This document shows, one piece after another, positions 34,331-46,772 of a DNA stretch of 64,000 nt. Origin of the DNA: Macrostomum hystrix. Lineage: Eukaryota; Animalia; Platyhelminthes. The stretch's first letter is position 1, and each line of letters begins with the position of its first letter. The stretch lies in contig CATNEN010000038.1 in the NCBI GenBank assembly GCA_950097015.1, positions 4,898,001 to 4,962,000 of the forward strand. Direction: 5' to 3'. The notes beneath the pieces were generated by a model that was given only the letters and a program-made list of their open reading frames with translations, did no database searches and had not been told where the DNA came from. Made by a program: the position numbers and the translations under genes.

Positions 34331-35130
34331 TCTAGCTCATCTAGCTCTCAGCTCTTAATACACGTCCTTCGCTCACGCTATTGAAGTATGTCTTACAAAA
34401 TCTAGAAAATTTATTAGGGGCCGATTTAGACTGAGAAGCCAACTGCTAAAACCTAGTTAGAAATGTGTGAATAAGAAAATATAACACAATGCACACATAT
34501 TACACACAATAATGTGTGTAATATAATATAATATATGAGTACTTAGGCTACAACCACTAGGCTACAACCTCTATATAAGAGGTTGTAGCCTAGTGGTTAG
34601 AGCGTCGGAGCGTCGGACAGCGTAGGCTGAATCTATTTATAAGCCATCGGTGAGGTGGTGGGTGCACAGATAACTCGTGCGCATGGTGACACATGCATTG
34701 AGCTTAGCTCACTTTAGCCAGCAAATAACAAATAAAAAACAGGAGCGAATAACAATGACAATGTTAGGGCGCGGGGCCGGTCAGGGTGGTCCGCCGGTCC
34801 GTCCTGCAGCGTTGTCTTCCGTAGGGAAGAACGTGGCTCGTCTTGTCGCCCGGAGGAACTTGACGAGCCGTGGAATGGGGTGGGTGACACATTAATTGAG
34901 TTCACTGTAGCCAGCCAATAACAAGCAGGAGCGAACTACAATAACAATATTAGGCCACGCAACCTTTAACAATGCAACCTGTTACAAAGTCCAGTGTCAC
35001 TATGTCACAAAAACTAGTTTTTTTGTACGCTTATGATCGCCTAATTATGGCGAGTTGTTCAGTACAAAGTTGAGTTCGTGCTGAGTTCATGTTTATATTC
35101 AGTTGATGCTCAGTTCAGTTTAGCAGTTGT

Positions 35131-36171
35131 TCAGTTGACAGACCTGAACACTCTGCGCAGGTCGATCTCGTGCAGCCTATTGTTGCTGATACCGAATGCG
35201 GCTACGACTCCATTGATCGATTCAGTCAGGTTGGGTGTGAAGCTACTCCAGCCCACTGTCAAGCAGTACTCAGGGTCGTTGTGGAGATAGTTTGTAAGAT
35301 TCCCCCATCCGTGCGGGACTGGAGAGCCATCCACAAAGAAATTGAAGTCAAAGTTTTTGACATCCAAAAAATGGACTCCGGATCTATTCAGTCCAACCGC
35401 GAGGCTGAAGAACTGCTCCCCATCGCCCGGCAAGGCAGATTCGTTGGTGAAGAATTTGGCGAGCGGACCCAGGTTAGCGTAAACGGCTCCGTTCGGATTC
35501 GAGTTCGGCGCCATGAAGTTTTTCTCGAGAATCTGCATGGACATGGTCTGAAAAGTGGCGCAGTCCGTCAGCTCCATGAAGCAGTTGTGGTCGGGTTTCC
35601 TATTCAGCCGCATCGCCATCGAAAAGGAGTCCATGCTGTACATCAGTCCGACGAGCTTGGTCGACCAAAGCCTCGATTTGTTAGTTCCATCCAGGCGAGG
35701 CCCCTCGCTTGTCCAGGTGACGCCAGAAGAGGACAATGTGACCTCGGAGCCGTTGATCGGACAGGTGAGACTCTCCATTCGCTCAGTCCCGGCGTCGCCA
35801 GCCCAGAAGTAGGTGAACAGCTGGCTGGCCGCGATCGCGTCATACTTGGTGCCGATGACGGTCCTGCAACTGGTCGGCGAGGCCTGGTCGAAGCGGCCAG
35901 CTGACCTCAGCAGCTCGCAGACCCGCTGGTAGACAAACAGACTGCAGGAGGTGGCGCGGTCGTTCCACTGGGCGACAGTCAGATTCGTTGGCATGGATGA
36001 TCGGCTGTCCGCTAAGCAGTCGATGAGGGAGGTGGCGTGCGAGCGACTGCCGAGAGACTCATTCAGGCAGGTCGTGTGGAAAATGTCGAGCACGTTGGCA
36101 GTGGATGCCAGCGGCTGCCACAGCAGCAGCAGCAGCAGCGGCAGCGGCGGCAGCGGCAGCAGTGTGAGCAT
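35131..36171 (-). CDS. Intronless secreted protein: signal peptide, PAN/apple-like Cys module, LamG/concanavalin-like C-terminal region
   Basis: ORF 35131-36318 with probable ATG at 36171 (MLTLLPLPPLPLLLLLLWQPLASTA signal peptide) preceded by CCTCAG. SLIDCLADS...CSLF Cys spacing; beta-rich FSMAMRL, FFSLAVG, FFVDG and GVVAAFGISNNRL...I motifs typical of LamG-like folds. Domain calls are by eye. Confidence 0.7.
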   Translation of the reverse strand: MLTLLPLPPLPLLLLLLWQPLASTANVLDIFHTTCLNESLGSRSHATSLIDCLADSRSSMPTNLTVAQWNDRATSCSLFVYQRVCELLRSAGRFDQASPTSCRTVIGTKYDAIAASQLFTYFWAGDAGTERMESLTCPINGSEVTLSSSGVTWTSEGPRLDGTNKSRLWSTKLVGLMYSMDSFSMAMRLNRKPDHNCFMELTDCATFQTMSMQILEKNFMAPNSNPNGAVYANLGPLAKFFTNESALPGDGEQFFSLAVGLNRSGVHFLDVKNFDFNFFVDGSPVPHGWGNLTNYLHNDPEYCLTVGWSSFTPNLTESINGVVAAFGISNNRLHEIDLRRVFRSVN

Positions 36172-38623
36172 CGAGAGCTGAGGATTCTTGTTTTCAAGTT
36201 CCGCAGGACTGCTTTGGCATGGCCTTCGGGTTTCGGCTCCCAGATTTATGCAAATCTTTGAGTAGGGCTTCCAATATATCCATTCGCTCCAAAGTGTTTT
36301 GATATGAGTTATTAGCAACGGTAAAAAAATTTTTTTTCAGACAATCGATGTCATGGATGTCATGGCTCAGTGGAGTTTCTAAAATTAAAATGAGCAAAAC
36401 ATGGAGCGGGGTTTAATCTATTGTCACGCGTCACAGCTTGCAAGAAACGCTAATGCAGTGTGGCACTATAGAAGCTGCTATCTGTGAGTGTGGATTGTGT
36501 TAGTGCTCATGTCAAAATCAATGGCTCTTTGAAGCAAAAAGGGATTTGTTTACAACAATCGGGTGGTCTGTGTACAGGCCCACCCGAATTTCTTACCTTA
36601 GAGGATGCTGGGTTTAGATAACGACACTAAAGTTTAGGACGCAATTTGCGTCTCAGGGGAGGCTGAGATTTGAACCCCCGGCCTCTCATCCATAAATCCC
36701 GAAGGTTCACCACTGGGCTAAAAGCTCCAAATTTTCGAATCTTACTTAAATTCTGAAGTGGGTACTTGGACTTAAGAGCGGCGAGGTCTCATGACTGCCG
36801 ATTACTTCTAACCCGCGGGACTATCACTGATTAGCTCGCTGCAAAACTGGCGGAGCAGACAATTAAATGAAGGGATCCTAAATTCGCCGGCAGCAGGTAA
36901 GAAGGAGGGGTGAGGACAGGGGAGAGGGAAAGGGGGAGAGGAACAGCGCGGGGGAAGAGGATGGGGGAAGAGGACAAGGGGAGGAGGCGGGGTAGAGCAG
37001 CACGGAAAAGGCTCCGAAGGGGAAGTAGGGAGGAGAGTGGATCAGGGCTCAGTGACAGAAGGGAGTGGTCGTTTTGGCCTTAGGGTTAGCCAGCCCCACT
37101 CGTCCCATATGCCGCGGACCGAGCTAATGAGCCTTCCCCAACCGATGCTTCGTATCCGGCAATGAATTCACACAAGGGACTAGAGAGATAGCTACATGTC
37201 CGGAATCCTATTGCAGTGAGTAGCGCAATGCGCATGCTAGCGCCACCACCAACTGCGCCGCCACCGCAGCTATTTGGAAACTTGGAAGCTCCTCGTTTAT
37301 CACGCAAATCCTGACCAGCCGAACTACTGGGCGATTGCTGGGCAACATCCGTTTTAGACCGGGACTTAAATTACGCATCACAAGGGCATTCCTGAATTAA
37401 CGCTACAGGGGTCAAGAAAGGTGGTACTGGGAACTCAAACAAAATCCTCCTAAGATTTCTAAGATCTCCCCAGGCAATGGGCCGAAATGCTTAGAGCACT
37501 GAGCTCAGATTTGATATAGCTCACCAGGGAGGTGGCTGTACTTTTAGAAAGGCTAAAGAGCCTATTGTCCAAGGCAATGTGCCTGGTTAGGACTAAGCCC
37601 TAAACTGTCTGTGGACAAGGGGAGTGTCCGGGTAAAAAAGCTCCGAAAAGCTCCGGGAAGGTCCCAAGACAGGAGAAGAGGTCCAAGAGGGAGCGGCTGA
37701 TGCGCGCTTTCTAATATATAGCCCAGCGACAGCCCCAACCCCGGGATCAATCAAACACAGACCCGTATTGCAGCCGGCCTGTCAGCCAAGAGTCCGCCGA
37801 CATTACGCCACTGACTTTGACTTGAATACCATACTATACTATATCCTTCGTATGAAACTCTAAGAATAGTTTTAAAGCTTAGACAAGGAAAACTGGAAGC
37901 GAAATTATTTAAAATCAGACTAAAGCTAGCAAGATTCCTTCCTGCAAGCGAATTTCGGCAAGCAAGCTTCATATTAACCCCTAGCATAAAGAAAAAAGCA
38001 TACTCGTAAGTATGCACTAAATAACCTCAAAATAAGTATCAGGTCTGTGAATTCAGACACACCCTACACCACTGCTGTTTTTACAGGGAATCTTGTAAAG
38101 CAGTGTGGACTGTGGAACCCCCGGATCGATATGAAATTCATTCTCTTCCTTTGCTGCCTAAAATAATGTACATTGAACGGAGGCTCGCGCCAGTCTGGGG
38201 TTTTCCTTTCCTCTCTATCCAGTCATGTACATTTCTCTCTTGGGATGTCCCGCAAAAAATCTCGCTGTACATAGAAGAATGGCTGCTTTAAAATTGCTGC
38301 AGGAGATCCAGTTTGTTCAGGCCAACTGGATCCTCTCGTTTCTTTCATAAATTAATTTGATCTCAAAAGCAGCTTATAGGTCCAGTAAGTGAAAAAATCT
38401 GCATTTTCTGTTGGGCTATTATTATTGCAATGTAGAAGTGGTATTAGATATTTTTTATATAGAAGCTCCTCTGTTAAAGGCAGCAACTGAGTTTATGTTG
38501 GTTTTAAGAAGGCGAGGTAGCAGCTCGATGGGAAACTGTAGTGGGTCCCCTGCTGACTGATTGACCTGAGAGTGAGTCTGAATAACTATTCCCTATTCGT
38601 TCGCCTTCTAGCTCTGGAAGGTC

Positions 38624-41043
38624 ATGAAAATCGAGCGCTTTGAGATCGAGTTCATCAACGCCCGGCAGTTCAAGGAGGAAAATGTGCCGATCTTCTATTC
38701 CGGCCAGAGTGTCACGTTCAAGGTGGTAGTTGACTGCCCGGAGCCGGTCAAGTGTCAAGGTAACTCTCGTGGTGATTTATTTTGTAACTGTGCCTTCGTT
38801 AGTTAGCAAGCCTGGTGCTTTTAAGATTCAACCTTTTTCAAGGCATTGAAGTTGACATTTCTGGCAAGGCCTATGCGCTTGTTCAGACAAAGAATTCCAC
38901 GATCAACGAGACCCTGGAGACCTACCTTGAGCAGAAGTCTGCTATTTTTAGTGAGTTTTTCATATTATCGATTCGTATTATCAATTAATAGAATAGCAAT
39001 TTGCAAGAGGTCTGCGGGCGATGGCACATCAGTTGGTGACACTGGACCCGCAATAAGCGAGGAGGCAATTCTGCCCATGTCGCTGACTCCTGAGCATACA
39101 CGCACACAGATACTGTACACAAACTCACACAGGTGTGTACATCTGCCCTGACTTTCTTATCTTCAGGTAGTGTACACTTCACTGTGCCTTTGATTTGGCC
39201 CTCAAGGGTGCAGCTGCAGAGGGCAGATGTTTTTCCTGTACATGATCGTCATTTTCGGGACTTCTTTACACATCCGCACAGCGCCGCCAACGGACGGTCC
39301 GAATGCGGGCCACCACCCAGCCGGTCACGCCGAGTACCAGTTCACCTTCCAGCTGCCGCCAGCTGCTCCCTCATCATTCTTTGAGAAGACCTACGGCGGA
39401 ATCGCCTACTCGATCACTGCCGCGCTCAACCGGTCCTGGCACCTTCCCCAGGTTTCCTACAAGTCCCTGTGCGTCATTCGCAACTTGTGCTTGGACCAGC
39501 AGCCGGCGGACCTCGTCGGGCCCTACTCCGGCGAGGCGTTCCTGGACCCCAGGACCTGCTGCATCCTATTCAGCTGCTTCTGTACTGGAAAAATTCACGC
39601 CAATATCCACCTTGACAGGCGGGGCTACCTGTGCGGTGAGCCAATCACCATTGTCGGCGAGATTCGCAACGAATCCTGCAGCGACCTTGACAAGGTCACC
39701 ATTGAGATTCGCAAGGTAATTTGATTTCAATCTCAGTGAACTGAAACAGTAAGTGAATGCAAAATAAGAAAGCCTGTGCAGTTGTGGCACGCATGCGTGC
39801 AATAAAACATCTGAGAGCTTGATGCCCCGTTGTCGAAGCTTCGGACTCGAGGTCGAGAGTTCGAATCTGAGTCCTATAGTAACAATTTGTGTCCTTTAAC
39901 AAGACACGTAACTCAGCTATCAAAACCCTACCAGCAAGCAAAACTTTATTTCAGAAATTGAAGTTTAAGGGCAAGTCTGCTGGCACCAAGGTGGAGGCTG
40001 CCATCCTGGTGCCTGGCGTCAGGGCCAACGAATCGCTGCAGCTCCGGCATCAGCTGCCCGTGCCGACCGGCCTTGTGAGCTCCCACCTGCAGGGCTGCTC
40101 TGTGATTAACCTGAACTACTATCTTATTGTAAGCTCTTCTAATCAGCACCTCTTATGCAATCCCTAGCACCTAGCAGACCAACAAACTTTCAAATTAAAC
40201 TGCAGTGCTTAAAGTGATCCAAGTGACTATATTTTACCTTGCTCAGGTGCACGCTCACAATCGCATCTGCCCGATCGCCAAGACAAACTTCTGCGAGCTG
40301 ATCATCGGAGATGTGAAGAATCAGCATCAGCTTCAACAGCAGCAGATGTACCAGCAGCAGCAGCAGATGTACCAGCAGCAGCAGCAAATGTACCCACAGC
40401 AGCAGATGTATTGTAAGTTACTGACATAAAAACGATTATGTCACTTTAGAAGCCATTTTGTTACTTTTGAAGCGATTATGTCACTTAAGACGCGATCATG
40501 TCACTTAAGACGCGATTATGTCACTTAAGACGCGATTATGTCACTTAAGACGCGATTATGTCACTCTAGAAGCGATTATGTCACTTAAGAAGCGATTGTG
40601 TCACTTACAAAACCTGTATTGTTTTAATTGGGTTTTTTATAAAAAAGCATCAAAATGACATCCTTGAAGCGCTTTTACGAGCCATAAAGTCACGCCTTAA
40701 AGCACAATAGAGGCTTAAATGAGTCTTTCTTTAGCCATTAAAAACAATTCGAACTCCCCTCAGACATTGTTTGAGTTGTTTATAAGAGCGTTCGTGCAAT
40801 TACCTGACTGTCTAGAAGGCTAGCACGAAGGGCTGAGAGGTCAGGTGTCGTGCTGATTGGGTTAATCAGCGAAGTTTCTGTCATATCTGTCATGTTACAC
40901 TAAATTCTTCAGATCCACCTGGCGAGTCGTCAACCCAATACGAGTTCGGTGCCGCCGTGGGATTGGATTCACAGGCCCTGCAGCAGTCGCAGTGGATACC
41001 TGGCTACCCAGTGCTACCTGGCCAACAGCTCGACCAGTTCTAG
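38624..41043 (+). CDS. Alpha-arrestin paralogue 2 (QQQQMY tail, no PPxY)
   Basis: Exons 38624-38759, 38843-38950, 39282-39715, 39955-40128, 40247-40412 and 40913-41043. Motifs FYSGQ, YQFTFQLP..APSSF, RRGYLCGE, GCSVINLNY and CELIIG. Confidence 0.9.
39000..39215 (-). mobile_element. SINE family B, 5'-truncated, in intron
   Basis: Close reverse-complement match to 52030-52245. Confidence 0.8.
39815..39920 (+). mobile_element. CORE-like SINE family A fragment
   Basis: tcggactcgaggtcgagagttcgaatc ... tttgtgtcctttaacaagacacgtaactc. Confidence 0.6.
40430..40610. repeat. 20-bp intronic minisatellite
   Basis: Unit gcgattatgtcacttaagac. Confidence 0.9.
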
Positions 41044-42301
41044 TTCTTGTGCTCCCTCGGCGATAAAATCTCAAGAAAGTACTTTTCGTGGTTCAAGTAC
41101 CATATTTTGGTCCAAAGAAATAAAATGAGTACGGAATTAGGCGAATTAAGATTTCGGGGTGGGTGTGGCATCCCGCCTCCAGTCCACAGACTGAACAGCT
41201 GTACATAAACTTTGGATGGGTCACACAGTAGCTGCTGCTGTTCAACTGGCTTATGTGTCCATTCTCTCTTTCTATCCTAAAGATAGAAATCTTTAATTTT
41301 TCTATTTCTCTTAAAAAATAAATACTTTCGAATACTACATAAAAACACTTTTTAAAGTTAAAAGTACAGATCAGCTTATGTAAATGCAAAGCAATGACTG
41401 CACTTTACACTTCTATAAATAGTTGTTGGAGTATATTCCATTTTACTAGCTAATGCTAACAACAAATGCAATGTATTACATGTTTTTTATTTTTTTGTAC
41501 TTTTTTCAAGCCTTTTAATAAAAGGTATGTGCTTACACAACATGCATATTTATCTCTACTGTGCTATCTCTACTTAATACTTTACTTTGAGAGCACCGCG
41601 CTAGAGGTGTGGCTGTGCCACGTGCAGTACGTCTGGGTTATAGTTGTGTTTTTAATCTATCTATCCTTAGTAGGCATGTCGTACGAGTACGCAAACTCCT
41701 TTGATGGATAATTCTTTGCTTTTTCATGTTTTGACTCTTTTCTACCAAGAGTTCGTTGCTGAACAACTCTTTGACAACAGTTTTAAGTAGATCAGGCTCT
41801 GAGAAATTTTACAACTTTATAGCCACTCGTGACACTTTAACTGAGACATAATATATAATTATCTAAATAAGAAGAAACATTTAAAACATAATCTACATCT
41901 GTTGCTATTGACTTAGTATTATTATATTTATCAAGTGAGAGCTTTTCGTCCGACTCTTACGTAGTATAGTATAGGACTTTTGCGATAATGCTAGTTCTTA
42001 TGCTCACTCCGCTGAGCCCTCAAATATATATGTAGTTTCTTCCCCCCCCCTCAGCAATGAAACTGACCATGCAGTCTCCCCTGCTGAATCAAATTAAGTG
42101 TACTCTTGTACATTTGTCTGGCGCACTCCGTGAACCCCAGACTTCTCACCAGCCACCCCAGCAACGCCACCCCAACCAAACTCCCAAGGCCACCGGATAG
42201 CGACAGAAAAAGCACTGCGTCTGGAACTAGTATAATTTGCACACCGAACATTGTTCGTACTGGGAAACTGTGAAACTGTAAAAATCGTGTACAGTTCGAC
42301 T

Positions 42302-44460
42302 ATGAAAATTGAATCTTTCGACATTTTGTTTGACGATGCTCAGACGAATCCGCACAGCGTCTATCACTCTGGCCAGAATATTGTCTTCAGGGTGCAATTG
42401 AAACTCCGAGAGGCAGTGAGATGCACACGTGAGTGGGTGCCTACCTTCTGCTGATTGGTGTCCACCATTAAAACGTCAAAGCTGAGCCTCTACAATAATC
42501 ATTTTCAATTTTCAGAGGTGACAGTGACTCTGCTCGGCAAGTCGAAGGTCAAATGGACGGAGAAAAAGGGCAAGTATTCGTCAAAGACTTACCAGTCTGA
42601 GGAGGTCTACATCGACCATACGGTTGTGGTATTCAGTGAGCGCATTTTCAATTTCTTCAATTTACTTTATTGTTTTGGTAACTATGGTAACAATACAACA
42701 ATAACTATAGCTATACCTATTCCTATACTTATACCTATTACTGTGGTAGCCATTGTAAGCACTTTACGTCTTTGCATCTAAAAAAATGTTCCCGTCAGCA
42801 CTAATTTGAGAAAATGGACGGTGTTAAACTGTTGGCTGTAGCGAAGACGTCGATAGTTTAGAGACGTCACATTGTAGTGTAGCAAGCGGTTCTGAGAAGC
42901 TGTGTGACCCACTTTTTATAAGAAGCCTTTCAGTGGGTCTATCGAATGTCTATCGCCCATTGCACATTGGCTCATTTTTAAATGAAGCATCCAAAGTTAA
43001 TACGATCGAGTAATTAGATTAGCAGCATCTACAAGACCAGAGTGACCCGACCTGACCCATTTAGCACCGGATTCTGACGGGCCGGACGCAGGCAAACACC
43101 CGGCTGGCGAGTTCTTCTATCCGTTCGGTTTTCAACTGCCAGCAACTTCGCCCTCCTCTTTCGAGGGCGCGCACGGCAGCATTCGCTATTTCATAAAGGC
43201 CAGCATGGACCGGCCCTGGAAAACGGACAACTACGCGCAGAAGTACCTCACCGTCGTGCGCGATTTGGACTTAAACGCCATGGCCGCAGACGATATTGGA
43301 CCTTTCACGTCAGCGGAGGAAGCGCCTGTCCACGTCTGCTTCTGTTTCGGCTGCCGCAAAGGCAAGGTTGGCATCAACGCAGCCTTGTCCAAGAGGGGCT
43401 ATGTGCCTGGCGAACAGCTGCACGTGACGGGCTACATAATCAACAGCAGCCATTCTGATTTGGACATTGTCGTCATGGATATCTACCAGGTGCGTCTTAA
43501 ACCTCCTGCTATATTTAGCTTGATGCTCTCAGCATGAGCACCAATAGCAAACGGTTCGACCAGTTTATTCTGAGCATTCCTTTATAACCACCCGCTATTG
43601 TCAAGCACATCACAGAATCTGCGGACGACGAAATGAAAGTGACGGAACGAGTAGCTTCCTCAGCACAGCTGCCGCCGATGAGGCGCGGACAGACCCAGCG
43701 CCTCAATCACCTGCTGCCTGTGCCGGCTGTGCCTGCTTCCTACCTGAGTGGCTGCACCAACATAGAAATTCGCTACTTCTTTCGGGTGAGTTGACAAGCT
43801 CGCAAGCTCACATACTCACAAGCTTTGCTAAAATATCTTAGAATGGATCGATATCCATAAAATGTTAACAATGCCACCTTATTCAGATTCGAGCCGGCGA
43901 CGGGTGCTGCGTCAGCTTCCAGCATAAAGTATGCGAGCTGCAGATCGGCACTGTGCCTCTACAGACATACCTCATGATCACCATCGTCCCAGATCCGGCT
44001 CAGCAGCAGCAGTCTGGAGCCATTGAACGCGTGGTCAGTGCTCAACCAGCTGCTGCACTGGACTATATTTGTAAGAGACCTTGATAAAGGCTGTTTCTGA
44101 CTGTTAGCACTGAAATTCAGTGCTAATTATGTCAATTATGTCATGTCTGAAATTCAGTGCAAACCAGAATTTGAGTGCAGCCCCACTATCTTCCTTGTTT
44201 CAGCGTCGGCACACCGGCAGCACTATGCAGAATGCACCTTCGGTCGAGTCGATATGGACAAAGCAGAGGGTGTCTGCCATTGCTTCCAGGAAAAATGGGC
44301 TCCCAGCTACCCAATGATAGAGATGCCGCAACCCTATCAGATGCAGCATTGGCAGCAGCAGCAGCAGCAGCAGCAGTATTCGCAGCAACAGCAGCAAGAG
44401 CAGCAGGCCGAGGATATTCAGTTGCAACCATTGCTGCATTCGCACGATACTTCCGCTTAG
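42302..44460 (+). CDS. Alpha-arrestin paralogue 3 (polyQ tail, PPxY degenerate)
   Basis: Exons 42302-42428, 42516-42635, 43065-43489, 43606-43785, 43887-44070 and 44204-44460. Motifs VYHSGQ, KWTE, SPSSFEGAHGSIRY, DRPWK, KRGYVPGE and CELQIGTVPL. Confidence 0.92.
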
Positions 44461-45709
44461 AAACTCTATAGGCTAGAACTTGAGTAGTTTATTATTTTAT
44501 GATTCTTTCCTTAGTAGCAGGCGAACGAAAACACAGCCAAGACCATCAACAATGGCTAAGCCATGGAGCTCTGAATGTAGAACCTGAAAAGAGAATTCCT
44601 CGCCAAAACCCCTATTTTCCGGGAAAACAACAAAACGACAACAACACCAGAGTTGCCGGACCAGCGACTGAACAAAATTCGGCCAGTTGGCGGTGTCCGT
44701 TGCCACCGCGTCGCACATGATGCAGTTCACGTACCTGCGAGTCCGTGCAATCAGATTCACCTAAACGTACCCTGCAGGGTCAACATCAGGACGTTGTGGA
44801 CAGCTGGGCCCTCCCGTACAGGGCCTCGGATCCGACGATCTCGTCTGCTTGGAAGGCCGCGCGGAGCAGCCCGAGTTGAGCTTCCGTTTGAGCATACCTG
44901 CTAGCGTCTCGGTTTGCTCGGTTTGGCATTTGGTTTAACCAACTTTCAAAGTTTCTGATTCATTCGAAAGCAGAATTTTAGCAGAAGCTTCTAGGATCTA
45001 TCGTATGACCTCGTGGAATAAAGTCGTGAAAAAAATGAAGAATAAATGTCTGAAAAAAACATTTAGCTTTTCTTACATTTTCTTAATTAAACAGCTCAGT
45101 AGCTATTTGTATAGCAGCCAATTTATTCAGCTTTCTAATGAAACAATATACGTTATCCCCCAAGTAGTGCATCAGGATTGCCTACTCTGGTTCGGGAAAT
45201 GGGAATTTTGTGGGGAGTTTTCATGCAGATCCATTCAGAGCTCTGTGCGGCAGCTTATGTCATCAATGATGGACAGAGAAATACTTTTATTTAACATTAG
45301 AGATGTACTTCAGAGGAAATCATTAAATTTTTATGGGTTTCAACGTTCATTGTTAATTACAATTCTATTGTTTTAGTAAAGCGTTTAAAACATTTTTTTT
45401 TAAATTACATGCTGCGATTGACTTTTACAACAATTGCCTAATCGTGATGACCGCAAGGTAGTAGTTTTTGTTGTCTGCATGCAGTTAATTTATTTTAGTC
45501 TCTTCGCAGCATGATATTTATCAGATGTTTTGTGAATTAAAGTGTATTTGCCCACTGTAAAGGCTAGGTTGAATATTTTTAGTTAATATAAATTAATTTG
45601 CTAAATGTTTTGTGATAGTTCTTCACTTCTATCGTTACACTTTCTGCATACTTTGTTACAAGCGTAATTCTTCTGGTTTCCTTCCAATTATGAAAATAAG
45701 ATTTATGAT

Positions 45710-45797
45710 CCTTCCTTTCCTTCCCTTTCCCATCCGTTCCCTTCCCTACCCTACCCTTCCCTTCCCTTCCTTTTCTATCCCGTCTCTTCCCTTCACT
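45710..45797. repeat. (CTTCC)n-like pyrimidine tract
   Basis: cttcctttccttccctttccc... Confidence 0.75.
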
Positions 45798-46234
45798 CAC
45801 TTTTTCTAAATGGAATCCCGAAAATAGTTTTTTTCTTCTCTTGACTCTGACTGTGAAAGCGTCCGTCTGTTCATCTGTACATTGGTAGCTGGGAAACTCT
45901 CAGCTACTTACTGTACATTTGTGCTTCAGCAGACAGAGCGGAGAACTCGCAGCCCTGCGCCACCTCTACCTCCGCCGCCCCAACCACTAAGTGTACATTC
46001 TAGTTTTCCTAAACTCTGAGCATCTATACCCCCTAGTTAACCCATGAGTAACTCACTTCCCATAGCAGTGTCCTCATATGATAAGTTAACAAATATTGGA
46101 TTTGAGATCAGCGCAGGGTATCGTGGTTCTTATCTATAATAACAAAATCGAGTTTTCTGAAAATTCTGAAAATGCTGTCTGGAATCAAAACAACTTTGAT
46201 TGAAGTAATTGTAGCGTCGAAATAACATGCAGCC

Positions 46235-46678
46235 CTGACACGCCCGCTGTCACCAAATTCTCATGTCAGAGGCCCCACTGACACCAATTCTCATGTCAGA
46301 GGCCCCACTGACACCAATTCTCATGTCAGAGGCCCCACTGACACCAATTCTCATGTCAGAGGCCCCACTGACACCAATTCTCATGTCAGAGGCCCCACTG
46401 ACACCAATTCTCATGTCAGAGGCCCCACTGACACCAATTCTCATGCCAGAGACCCCACTGACACCAATTCTCATGCCAGAGACCCCACTGACACCAATTC
46501 TCATGCCAGAGACCCCACTGACACCAATTCTCATGTCAGAGACCCCACTGACACCAATTCTCATGCCAGAGACCCCACTGACACCAATTCTCATGCCAGA
46601 GACCCCACTGACACCAATTCTCATGTCAGAGATCCCACTGACACCAATTCTCAAGCCTGACACCCCTACTGACACAAG
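46235..46678. repeat. 30-bp minisatellite with internal inverted repeat
   Basis: Unit tcatgtcagaggccccactgacaccaattc (TGTCAG...CTGACA). Confidence 0.95.
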
Positions 46679-46772
46679 TTACCATGTGGAGGTTTTGAGT
46701 TAAAATAAAATTTTCTGGCTAAAATCCTTCCAGAATTAGCTTACTACGCCACTACTCCAGCCGTAGTCTAGC

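Noticed and set aside
36172-36318. N-terminal extension of the 395-aa minus-strand ORF
   Set aside because: Non-ATG start; the signal peptide begins at ATG 36171 after an acceptor-like site.
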